Origin: a virus
Taxonomy: Duplodnaviria > Caudoviricetes
Virus record (IMG/VR): IMGVR_UViG_3300048796_000033
Span: 1 to 44,908 of that record
Direction: 5' to 3' (one strand)
DNA: 44,908 nt
The position numbers and the translations under genes are program-made. Below, piece after piece: positions 17,273-25,385 of the stretch (the first letter of the stretch is position 1; each line of letters starts with the position of its first letter). A model generated the notes under the pieces. It had not been told where the DNA came from. It did no database searches and was given only the letters and a program-made list of their open reading frames with translations.

Positions 17273-17545
17273 ATGACGAAGAAAAAAAAACCGAAATTGT
17301 ACCGCTTCGGTGGCGCACATCGGCTGTTCGTACCGCCAGCCACGCTTGGGCAGCTCGTCGAGGTTTGGTGGCACCGAGGCATGAAAACGTCACCAGGCAT
17401 GCCAGAGTATTATCTACGCGAAAAGAGCCGCGCACGGGACGGATTGATACCCTTAAGTGTGCTGAAATTTAGACCCGGTGCAAAACCGGTACTGCCTGCG
17501 GGCATAAAACGACTTGAGGATATTGAGGGATATGAGCCGGAATAA
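17273..17545 (+). CDS. Hypothetical basic protein (90 aa)
   Basis: AAAGGA SD; co-oriented with neighbours. Confidence 0.65.
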   Translation: MTKKKKPKLYRFGGAHRLFVPPATLGQLVEVWWHRGMKTSPGMPEYYLREKSRARDGLIPLSVLKFRPGAKPVLPAGIKRLEDIEGYEPE

Positions 17546-17711
17546 ACGAGAAGGGAAGTACGCCGGTTGGGCGTTCGGAGAGCATTGTAGGGGCAACGGT
17601 ACTTTACCCGCTCCACGGACATGTGTTCTCGTGGTACCAAAATCTCTACATTACGGTAGAGTTCACATTTTTAAGTATCGTGCGCGGGTATGCCTGGCGG
17701 CGCATTTGTAA
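17532..17711 (+). CDS. Hypothetical protein (59 aa)
   Basis: GAGGG SD before ATG 17532. Confidence 0.5.
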   Translation: MSRNKREGKYAGWAFGEHCRGNGTLPAPRTCVLVVPKSLHYGRVHIFKYRARVCLAAHL

Positions 17712-17723
17712 TAGGGTTCTAAA

Positions 17724-17930
17724 ATGAAAATAATTAAACGCGGTATTCCTGACCCGGTTCTTATACCGACCCTTCAGGCAAATTGTCTAATTTGTAAAAC
17801 AGTATTCCAATTTTACGCGAGCGAGAGGCGGCGTGTTGAGAGTACCGGGGTGTGTTCGATTGATTGCCCCGTTTGCACTCAGCCGGTACTTGAAAATAAC
17901 TTTTATATTCCTAAGGTGTCTTATCAATGA
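17724..17930 (+). CDS. Small zinc-ribbon protein
   Basis: CLIC...CPVC; ATGA overlap with the polymerase gene. Confidence 0.7.
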   Translation: MKIIKRGIPDPVLIPTLQANCLICKTVFQFYASERRRVESTGVCSIDCPVCTQPVLENNFYIPKVSYQ

Positions 17931-20212
17931 TGCCTTTACCCCCAACTCTCGACTCTCTCCCTGCCGGACACCAGTTCTTCGTCGGCATGGGACGGGCGAC
18001 AGTCCTGCCAGATTGTGATTTTGAAACGTATAGCGAAGCCGGGCACACCTGGGACGAAGCAACCCAAAAATGGGAGACTTTGCCCGGTGCGGTAAAAAAG
18101 GGACTTCCCGCTACTGGTGCCGCCGCGTATGCCGAGCACGCCAGTACGGAAGTGCTGTCCTTTAAGTACGACCTCAAAGACGGACACGGCCGGCGACACT
18201 GGGTACCCGGCATGCCAAACCCCGACGACCTATTCGCGTGGCTGTCTCGGGGCGGTTTGATCGAGGCGTGGAACGTGGGCTTTGAGCGCTGGATATGGAA
18301 CACGGTTTGTGTTGTAAAGTACGGATGGCCTGTCCTGCACCAGGCGTCTTGCCGGTGCGCGATGGCGAAAGGGCGGGCGTCGGCCACGCCAGGGGCGCTA
18401 GACAAGGCGGCGGCCGTCCTGGCACTGGCTGTCCGCAAAGATGCCGACGGCGACCGGCTGATTAAAAAGTTTTCCATGCCGCGCAATCCGACGGCCAAAG
18501 ATAAACGTACTCGCTTGCTCCCCCCAGACGACCCGATCGATGGCCCGAAGCTGTACGCCTATAACGACCAAGATATTGTCGTCGAGGCCGAAGCATCTAG
18601 CCGGCTGCCGGATCTGGACGGGGAGGAGCTGGAATTCTGGCTATGTGACCAGGCCATTAACATACGCGGCGTCCAGATGGATCGCGAGGGTATAAACAAT
18701 TGCATCGTCATAATCGACCAAGCGCACACGAAGTACAACGCTGAGCTTTACGGCATAACCGGCGGGGAAGTTGCCCGAGCGTCCGAAATTGCAAAAATCC
18801 AGCAATGGTTGCACGCTCGGGGCGTTCACTTGAATTCACTCGATGACGAGGCCGTCGAGGCGGCGCTGAAGTTAGGTCATTTGGAGGCCCCCTGTCGACG
18901 AGTTTTGGAGATCCGAGCCGCGATAGGTTCGGCAGCGGTGAAAAAAGTGTACACCATGCGCAACCAGCTCACAAGCGACGGGCGTCTACATGACCTGTTC
19001 TCGTACCACGCGGCCCATACTGGCCGAGCGACCGGCAACGGGCCGCAACCTACCAACCTGCCGAACAGCGGCCCGGCGGTCCTGTTGTGCTCATGCGGTA
19101 AGCATTGCGGCATGCGGCATAAAGTAGTCTGCCCGTGGTGTGGGGCTTTTATGGAACCGGGGCAAAAGCCGGTTGAGTGGTGCGCGGCGTCTGCATCTGA
19201 CGCGCTCGAAGTGATCGCCACACAATCGCTCGAGACGCTGGAGTTTTATTTTGGTGACGCGATGTATACCATCGCTGGATGCCTGCGCGGGCTGTTTATC
19301 GCGGCGCCAGGGCACGACCTGATCTGCTCGGATTACTCGGCAATTGAGGCGGTCGGGGCGGCAATGATGGCCGGTGAAGAGTGGCGCATTGACGTGTTCC
19401 GTACGCACGGTAAAATTTACGAAATGAGCGCGTCGATGATTACGGGCGTACCGTTTGAGGAAATGATGCGCTATAAGGCCGAGACTGGTAACCACCATCC
19501 GACTCGGAAGACAATCGGTAAAATCGCCGAACTTGCCAGCGGGTACCAGGGTTGGATAGGCTCGTGGAAAGCGTTCGGCGCGGACGAGTATTTTACCGAC
19601 GAAGAAATAAAGGACGCGATTTTGAAATGGCGGGCCAAGTCGCCCAAGATTGTAGAAATTTGGGGAGGCCAGGCGCGCGGTAAACCTTGGGAAGCGTCGC
19701 ACCGGGCCGAGCTGTTCGGCATGGAGGGAGCCTTTGTGGCCGCCGTGTCAAGCCCAGGCAAGATGTTTTCCACGCACGGCATGGAGTTCACGTATCGGTC
19801 AGTAGAGGACGCGCTCTATTTACGGCTGTTGTCCGGACGCTACATTACGTATCGGGCGCCACGCCTCACGCCAGGCGGTCGAGACGGCCTGAGTCTATCG
19901 TACGAGGGTTGGAACACAAACCCCAAAAACGGCCCCATGGGGTGGATTCGAAAGAACACGTGGGGCGGTCGGCTCTTTGAGAACGCGGATCAGGCGACGT
20001 GCCGGGATATCTTGCGCCACGCTATAGTCAACCTTGAGCGCGCAGGCTATCAGGTCGTCCTGCACGTGTATGACGAGATAGTGGCCGAGGTTCCGCAAGG
20101 TTGGGGAAGTATTGAAGAGTTTGAACGCATCATGGCCACAATGCCAGCGTGGGCTGCGGACTGGCCGATTAAAGCGACCGGCGGTTGGCGACAAAAAAGA
20201 TATTGCAAATAG
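17927..20212 (+). CDS. Family A DNA polymerase with 3'-5' exonuclease domain
   Basis: DFETYS, WNVGFE, YNDQD, HTGR, motif A SDYSAIE, motif B GKIAELASGY, motif C HVYDE. Confidence 0.95.
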   Translation: MMPLPPTLDSLPAGHQFFVGMGRATVLPDCDFETYSEAGHTWDEATQKWETLPGAVKKGLPATGAAAYAEHASTEVLSFKYDLKDGHGRRHWVPGMPNPDDLFAWLSRGGLIEAWNVGFERWIWNTVCVVKYGWPVLHQASCRCAMAKGRASATPGALDKAAAVLALAVRKDADGDRLIKKFSMPRNPTAKDKRTRLLPPDDPIDGPKLYAYNDQDIVVEAEASSRLPDLDGEELEFWLCDQAINIRGVQMDREGINNCIVIIDQAHTKYNAELYGITGGEVARASEIAKIQQWLHARGVHLNSLDDEAVEAALKLGHLEAPCRRVLEIRAAIGSAAVKKVYTMRNQLTSDGRLHDLFSYHAAHTGRATGNGPQPTNLPNSGPAVLLCSCGKHCGMRHKVVCPWCGAFMEPGQKPVEWCAASASDALEVIATQSLETLEFYFGDAMYTIAGCLRGLFIAAPGHDLICSDYSAIEAVGAAMMAGEEWRIDVFRTHGKIYEMSASMITGVPFEEMMRYKAETGNHHPTRKTIGKIAELASGYQGWIGSWKAFGADEYFTDEEIKDAILKWRAKSPKIVEIWGGQARGKPWEASHRAELFGMEGAFVAAVSSPGKMFSTHGMEFTYRSVEDALYLRLLSGRYITYRAPRLTPGGRDGLSLSYEGWNTNPKNGPMGWIRKNTWGGRLFENADQATCRDILRHAIVNLERAGYQVVLHVYDEIVAEVPQGWGSIEEFERIMATMPAWAADWPIKATGGWRQKRYCK

Positions 20213-20215
20213 GGA

Positions 20216-20244
20216 TTGACGGTGTTGAATAATTCAACTATCGT
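20216..20244 (+). promoter_or_regulatory. Sigma70-type promoter TTGACG-N17-TATCGT with operator GTTGAAT-A-ATTCAAC
   Basis: 27 of 29 bases identical to 435-463. Confidence 0.8.
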
Positions 20245-20275
20245 GAAGGCTCTACCAATTTGAAAGGGTTCTAAA

Positions 20276-20578
20276 ATGAAAACATTATTCTTAATACTCT
20301 TTACCGCCTGCATGCTCTTGACCTCCGTCGCTCAAGCGAACGACGACAACGACTTGCACTGTGCGGCACTCGTCAACGCCCTGCGCGAGATTGTAAAGGA
20401 CCGTGTAGCGGGTGTGTCTAAAGAAGACGAACTGAAACAGTTAGAATCGGCCAACATGCTCCCCGCCGGCCGGGTCATCTATCGCACGCTAATTAACGAC
20501 GTATACGCTCTGCCTGAACGTAAAGTGCAAATGTACCCTTCTGTGTTTTTCAGCCAATGTTTATCGGGGATGCGGTAG
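20276..20578 (+). CDS. Secreted/periplasmic protein with Sec signal peptide
   Basis: MKTLFLILFTACMLLTSVAQA|N signal; two Cys in the mature part. Confidence 0.75.
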   Translation: MKTLFLILFTACMLLTSVAQANDDNDLHCAALVNALREIVKDRVAGVSKEDELKQLESANMLPAGRVIYRTLINDVYALPERKVQMYPSVFFSQCLSGMR

Positions 20579-20579
20579 C

Positions 20580-20747
20580 ATGGGCGCCAAAGAATCAGCC
20601 GCAATGAAAACCGCGCGCGAACTCGTAACGGGACCGCGTGGCCTGAATCAATCTCAAGCAGCCAAAGAAACCGGACTCACACGTGGCGCTATCAGCAAGG
20701 CCAAATGGTACCGGGAATTTAAAGCAACTACCGAGGGCAAAAAATGA
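20580..20747 (+). CDS. Small HTH (Cro-like) DNA-binding protein (55 aa; not in ORF track)
   Basis: MGAKESAAMKTARELVTGPRGLNQSQAAKETGLTRGAISKAKWYREFKATTEGKK*; ATGA overlap with the next gene. Confidence 0.75.
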   Translation: MGAKESAAMKTARELVTGPRGLNQSQAAKETGLTRGAISKAKWYREFKATTEGKK

Positions 20748-20929
20748 AAAAACCGTTCGTTTCACAGAGCCGATATCACGGCGACAAATTCCCCCGCACT
20801 TTACAAGAGGCGTTTGGGCCGTATGCCGAACTGCATGTTAAACCGCGTCGGGCGGCGTGGCCCGGCTGCCTTTTTGTGATCTTGATCCTTCTGTACATCG
20901 GCCTGGTCGTACGGGCGTTCTGGCCATGA
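20744..20929 (+). CDS. Small membrane protein
   Basis: FPRTLQEAFGPY followed by a C-terminal hydrophobic helix; GAGGG SD. Confidence 0.7.
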   Translation: MKKPFVSQSRYHGDKFPRTLQEAFGPYAELHVKPRRAAWPGCLFVILILLYIGLVVRAFWP

Positions 20930-21102
20930 CAGGCGCCTGCACCACGCGACAAGAGGGCGACGAGAAAGTGTGCGTGTGCGGGTTACGTTGGGACACCAAA
21001 GACGAACGTCCGGCGTGCCCTTCGCAGCCACATCGCCTCAAGCTGACCAGCACTCGAGCGCTCAGAAAAGCACTTAAAATTTTATCGGAAAAATCGAAAT
21101 GA
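20926..21102 (+). CDS. Small Cys-rich protein
   Basis: MTGAC...CVCGLRWD...C; ATGA overlaps on both sides. Confidence 0.6.
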   Translation: MTGACTTRQEGDEKVCVCGLRWDTKDERPACPSQPHRLKLTSTRALRKALKILSEKSK

Positions 21103-21299
21103 TTAATCGGACTGAACCTCGTTCTACTCGAAGCCGTATCGAGAGTGTAGCGACGAAGACTGAAAGGGATCGGATTCGTGCGTTGCCTGCGGTAACGACT
21201 ATCCCCCTCTATGGGCTTGAAGCGATCTATAACAGCAACTGCTCGTTAGAAATGGTGGCAAATGCGGCTATCGCGCAATTTCAGAAAGGGTTAGCGTGA
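21099..21299 (+). CDS. Hypothetical protein (66 aa)
   Basis: Start/stop overlaps with both neighbours. Confidence 0.55.
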   Translation: MINRTEPRSTRSRIESVATKTERDRIRALPAVTTIPLYGLEAIYNSNCSLEMVANAAIAQFQKGLA

Positions 21300-21550
21300 C
21301 CTCCGCACACGGCGCCTTGAAAGTCTTGGCAGCGTTTATTTGTTTTTGCGTGATTCCAATACTCTCGTATCAGGCGGGGTGTATCGTGCAGTTAAAACGG
21401 CAGCTAGCCGAGGCACGGGACGCCCCACTCTGTACGAATGTTGTCGAGCCGGTGCCGGCAGTCGAAGACTTAGGCCAACGTTGCGCCGGTTGGTACTTCG
21501 GTACCAATTTGGCCGACGCTAGACGCCGGATTTGCAGCAAGAGCAAGTAA
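21296..21550 (+). CDS. Hypothetical membrane-anchored protein (84 aa)
   Basis: N-terminal hydrophobic segment; AAAGGG SD; GTGA overlap. Confidence 0.6.
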   Translation: MTSAHGALKVLAAFICFCVIPILSYQAGCIVQLKRQLAEARDAPLCTNVVEPVPAVEDLGQRCAGWYFGTNLADARRRICSKSK

Positions 21551-22204
21551 AGCCGCGGCGGCCCATTTTTGGACGCCCGCGTAAATCAAAGTCCCTGTGT
21601 GGTAATCCTGGCCGAGCAGATCCAGGCATTCACTGGCGGGGGCTTCGTTCAATTCCACGTACTGCGCAACATCAACCCACGGTTGTCCCGGTAAGGTTAG
21701 AGGCAAATGAGGTACCGGGTCGCGCCCGTTCTTTGTACCGAACACCTGGCCGCAATGCCCGGCTACCAGGTCCCGCAACGTTGAGTACCCCGCACGCGGC
21801 GATTCGTATACCGAGAGCAGTTCGACCGGCACTCCGTACGTTGCGCATAAGCCTGCAAAGATCGAAGCGTGCATGCCGCCGAGAGAGTGGCCGCCAAGTT
21901 GGTTACGTGGACCAAAATACTGTCGGGCTTCATCGAACGCAACGGCCATCCCTTGCCAGCCTCCCTCGTGTATGACGCCGAGCGCGCCGTGCGAAACTGG
22001 TAGCGCTTCCGCATCAATCAAAACGTCGCGTACGTCATCAGTACCTCGAAATATGAAACGGCCAATACCGTCAGCCGTAGCGAACCCAAATACTACGCCC
22101 CCGATATTCCATACCTGCCTGAAGGCGGTCGAGTTCGGGTCGTATATTTCGACGCATGACAGGCGTGCGACCTCGACTATGTCAGCAACCTGGGCCGGAG
22201 TCAT
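21470..22204 (-). CDS. Class 3 lipase-like alpha/beta hydrolase
   Basis: FRGT, HEG, GHSLGG nucleophile elbow, ESPRAG, DPVPHLP and DYH motifs. Confidence 0.88.
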   Translation of the reverse strand: MTPAQVADIVEVARLSCVEIYDPNSTAFRQVWNIGGVVFGFATADGIGRFIFRGTDDVRDVLIDAEALPVSHGALGVIHEGGWQGMAVAFDEARQYFGPRNQLGGHSLGGMHASIFAGLCATYGVPVELLSVYESPRAGYSTLRDLVAGHCGQVFGTKNGRDPVPHLPLTLPGQPWVDVAQYVELNEAPASECLDLLGQDYHTGTLIYAGVQKWAAAALLALAANPASSVGQIGTEVPTGATLA

Positions 22205-23022
22205 TTCGGGATTACCGGGGGAGACAGCAGGGTAGGGGCGGGCGCAGCTGGCGGCATAACTGGTACAGGCGTTGGGGCAACGATGGCACTTGGAGTAGAT
22301 GCCGGCGGCGGCGTTACTGGCGCGATAGGAACAGTACGGCGCTTAGCCTTCGCTACGGGGGCTGGCGTCGGCGTAGAAGCTGCAGAGGGTACGACTTCAG
22401 GGACTTGCACGACCGGCGCAAGCGTGGCCGTCTGGGGCAAGCTTGCAGCGATGGCGGTAATTTGTGCCGACAGGGCAGCATTGCCGCTTATCGTTTCGGT
22501 AATCTGCGCGGCGGTCATTGCTGACTTGGTTACACACAGGGCGTTCACCCCATTGATATATTCCGCGTGTCGGTTCATCGCGTCGACAGACATGGTACAA
22601 AACTGCTCAACCGCGATCTGCAATCGTAAATCCTCGGCGGCGCGAAAATCGGTAATCGCGGTTTGGTTATACCCTGAGGCTACCGACGTAATGCCGGCGC
22701 AACCGTTCAAGAGTAACACGGCGCCTGATAGGAGCGCCAAAGCCAACAACGTATAGATTCGGGCAAACCCGGCCTGAGTCGTAACTTTAAAAGATATAGG
22801 CTGCGTGACAGCCACACGGGGCGTAGGCAGTCGAGAGTATAAATCGAGCGCTAGGATTGACAAGACGTGCCCGAACCATACGAGCGCGGACGCGACCAGC
22901 AAAACTACTTGAGGGGGCATAGCCATTTGTAGCTTAGTGTTCGCCAGCCATTCAACGGCCGGGGCGATGGCCGATACGCTGGCGCCCGCCATTAGCGTCT
23001 TACTACTTTGGGTGTAGCTCAT
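22201..23022 (-). CDS. Lysis-cassette membrane protein: N-terminal TM segments, internal lipobox, Pro-rich tail
   Basis: Hydrophobic segments, LLLNG|C lipobox; immediately downstream of the endolysin. Confidence 0.65.
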   Translation of the reverse strand: MSYTQSSKTLMAGASVSAIAPAVEWLANTKLQMAMPPQVVLLVASALVWFGHVLSILALDLYSRLPTPRVAVTQPISFKVTTQAGFARIYTLLALALLSGAVLLLNGCAGITSVASGYNQTAITDFRAAEDLRLQIAVEQFCTMSVDAMNRHAEYINGVNALCVTKSAMTAAQITETISGNAALSAQITAIAASLPQTATLAPVVQVPEVVPSAASTPTPAPVAKAKRRTVPIAPVTPPPASTPSAIVAPTPVPVMPPAAPAPTLLSPPVIPK

Positions 23023-23474
23023 AATATTTGCTCCAAGTTGTGCGCGGTCATCACTTCGATAATTTTAGTTGCGTAGTCCGGATCTGTAGCATAGCCGGCC
23101 GCAGCGATCGCCTGCGTAAAAGCTTCGGCGTTATCAACCAAAGCCAATGCGGCATGGTACCGTGGATTTGTCAGGATAAACGTGGCGTGGTCATCGATCG
23201 ATGCCTGCCAATTGAGGTACGCGCGCCAGAGAGCAGGCACGGTAATTTCGGTACCCTTATAAAATTCTTGGGTGGGCATAGCGACGGTTAGGCCATGCCA
23301 GGACGTATCGGCTTTGACGCCGAATAAATTATTTGCCTTGCCCACCAGACCAGAACCGCCCCAGCCGGACTCTAGCGCGGCCTCGGCGATAGTGAACGCG
23401 ACGGGAATACTGGTGAGTGCAGACGAGGCAATCGCGGCGGGTTTGATTTTATTGATGAAGTCGGCGGGTAACAT
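23019..23474 (-). CDS. Endolysin, GH73 glucosaminidase (FlgJ-like)
   Basis: AALESGWG, NNLFGVKA and GYATDPDY motifs. Confidence 0.92.
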   Translation of the reverse strand: MLPADFINKIKPAAIASSALTSIPVAFTIAEAALESGWGGSGLVGKANNLFGVKADTSWHGLTVAMPTQEFYKGTEITVPALWRAYLNWQASIDDHATFILTNPRYHAALALVDNAEAFTQAIAAAGYATDPDYATKIIEVMTAHNLEQIL

Positions 23475-23476
23475 TT

Positions 23477-23848
23477 TCACGGTATTAAGTCTTTCCAAGA
23501 GGGGAATTTCCCGTGCATTATCCCGAGGATCGTACCGTAAAGTATTACGATCGGTAAGATGATGCGGGCGGCCACGGAGAAAAACCGGCCTATTTTTACA
23601 ATCTTTCGTGCGCTCGTTTCAGAGAACGTAATTATCGAAACAACGGCTGCCGTCTGGTCGACGTTTTGTTGAGTAATGCGTGTATTTTCTGCGATCATGC
23701 CACGCGTTTCCTCTACCGCCGCTTGAAGCGCGACCATGGTTAGCCGGCCCGCTTCAAGCTGTTGCATCATGAATTCGCGGTATTGAGGCTCACTCATGCT
23801 TTGTACCGATACCCGGCGTTCTTTGAAAGAAGTGGTCATAAGGGTCAC
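23477..23848 (-). CDS. Holin-like protein (coiled coil plus C-terminal TM)
   Basis: Directly upstream of the endolysin; IILPIVILYGTILGIM. Confidence 0.55.
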   Translation of the reverse strand: MTLMTTSFKERRVSVQSMSEPQYREFMMQQLEAGRLTMVALQAAVEETRGMIAENTRITQQNVDQTAAVVSIITFSETSARKIVKIGRFFSVAARIILPIVILYGTILGIMHGKFPSWKDLIP

Positions 23849-24414
23849 TCTTGTTCGTGGTGGATAATTTCAATATCACTAAACTTGTAACCTTCGACAA
23901 GCCAGCCTTGCGCCAAGTATACCGGCATCGGTAAGTCGTGGATACCCTCGTCCTTACCGATGTGGAATTGTTTTGCGAGCAGTCTGCCGTTCACGGTCAT
24001 ATCATCAACGAACAGGTACGGGTCGACGACCTTTGTGTAGCTGTAGGTAGACACGTCATCGTCTGCCTGAACATCCACGACGGTCGCGCCGATAAAGAAC
24101 GAGTCCCAGTCAAAGGACTGCGCGTAACTGCCCCACATGCCAGCTTTACACGCTGCGGCAAAGCGCGGCCAATCCCAGGCTTCCGCAAAGCATCGTTCGA
24201 CTGGATGGTGGTGTGCCTCTAAAGGGTGTCCCGAGTCTTCAGCGGTCATGCCGGATAACCAGCACCGGCCATGCTCGCGGGCGATTAGTAACTTGCGAGT
24301 ACGAACAAACAGTGCCGACGCTGATCCCCTGGCGTCATGACCCGGCACGATGTAGTCAGCCGTTAGAGTGTCTTTCTTTTCGTGATCTTCAGTCACGGGG
24401 GTACGGGCGCCCAT
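23845..24414 (-). CDS. Hypothetical protein with a degenerate HNH-like His pattern
   Basis: GRCWLSG...LEAHHHP...NGRLLAKQFH...GIH. Confidence 0.6.
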   Translation of the reverse strand: MGARTPVTEDHEKKDTLTADYIVPGHDARGSASALFVRTRKLLIAREHGRCWLSGMTAEDSGHPLEAHHHPVERCFAEAWDWPRFAAACKAGMWGSYAQSFDWDSFFIGATVVDVQADDDVSTYSYTKVVDPYLFVDDMTVNGRLLAKQFHIGKDEGIHDLPMPVYLAQGWLVEGYKFSDIEIIHHEQE

Positions 24415-24415
24415 G

Positions 24416-24772
24416 CTATTGAATGACGACGGACAACGACGTCGGGACCGTCACCGCGACCGTTGGCGGCTGCACGACTACGGGGTCGGCCACAACGACA
24501 GTAGCGGTCAGGGGCACGCCGAGAGCGTTGCCGGCCGCGTCTGCCGCATCGACGGCTAAGTCATAGGTGCCGTTCGGGACGTTGACGAACGTGGCGACCA
24601 GAGGAAAGTCGGCATTTGTGGCTGAGTCGGTATTTTCAACAGCCCCTACTGACGGGACGACAGAAACACCATTGGCTGTGAGCGCAGCAAAAATGCCCGA
24701 GCTAACGGTACCGGCGGGAAATGTTGCAGCCGACAGGCCTGTAGCAATTAGAATTAAGACGGTGCGTGACAT
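24416..24772 (-). CDS. Small beta-rich (Ig-like) protein, possibly virion-associated
   Basis: GAAGGA SD; ATFVNVPNGTYDLAV motif. Confidence 0.6.
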   Translation of the reverse strand: MSRTVLILIATGLSAATFPAGTVSSGIFAALTANGVSVVPSVGAVENTDSATNADFPLVATFVNVPNGTYDLAVDAADAAGNALGVPLTATVVVADPVVVQPPTVAVTVPTSLSVVIQ

Positions 24773-24789
24773 GGTAATTCCTTCTGAAG

Positions 24790-25368
24790 TTAAGTAATAG
24801 ATTGAACGTCCGCGACAGTCGCGGCGGCCTGTACTGCTGCAATTTTTTGAACCAATATTTTCCAATCGGTTTGAACTACCGCGCCCATTGCGTCGGAAAG
24901 TCCTTGCAGGTCAGCGTAGGTGAAGACTTGAGCTACGTTGTTCGTGTCCAGCCACAACCCCATCGTCCAACCGGCGGCACCTACCGCTAAGGAGTCTTCA
25001 ACGTTTTGCTTGGCGGTCTGGCCGTTGAGCGCTACTACGTTGCCTGCTGAGTACGTGGACGTAACCCCTGCCGCATTTTTAAATGTGACGGGGGCGTTGA
25101 TTTCAGACTGGTACGTGGCTTGCAATAAGGCGACCTGTACCTTCTGGGCTGTTGCGACTAATTGAGCAACCGTCGGTGGTGTGCTGGCGGGTAAGCCGTC
25201 CGTTACGACAATTGAATTTCCAGCGGATAACCCAGAAACTAACAGGTCGTGCAATTCGTCCTCGATCAGAATTGAATCGCTTGGGACTAACCCGACGGTC
25301 GGCGCATCATCCTCGTACGTTTCGCTCTGGTAAAGGCCGCCCGTTGTCGGAGAGTAAAAAGAAGTCAT
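24790..25368 (-). CDS. Tail fibre assembly chaperone (DUF4376-like C-terminus)
   Basis: FYSPTTGGLY N-terminus and WLDTNN...FTYADL; follows the fibre gene; AAGGA SD. Confidence 0.7.
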   Translation of the reverse strand: MTSFYSPTTGGLYQSETYEDDAPTVGLVPSDSILIEDELHDLLVSGLSAGNSIVVTDGLPASTPPTVAQLVATAQKVQVALLQATYQSEINAPVTFKNAAGVTSTYSAGNVVALNGQTAKQNVEDSLAVGAAGWTMGLWLDTNNVAQVFTYADLQGLSDAMGAVVQTDWKILVQKIAAVQAAATVADVQSIT

Positions 25369-25385
25369 AGGTTTTGTTTCCTTGG

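Noticed and set aside
21470-21550. 81-nt convergent overlap of the lipase and the 84-aa gene as a functional feature
   Set aside because: The lipase tail after the catalytic His looks like low-information run-on, probably from a lost stop
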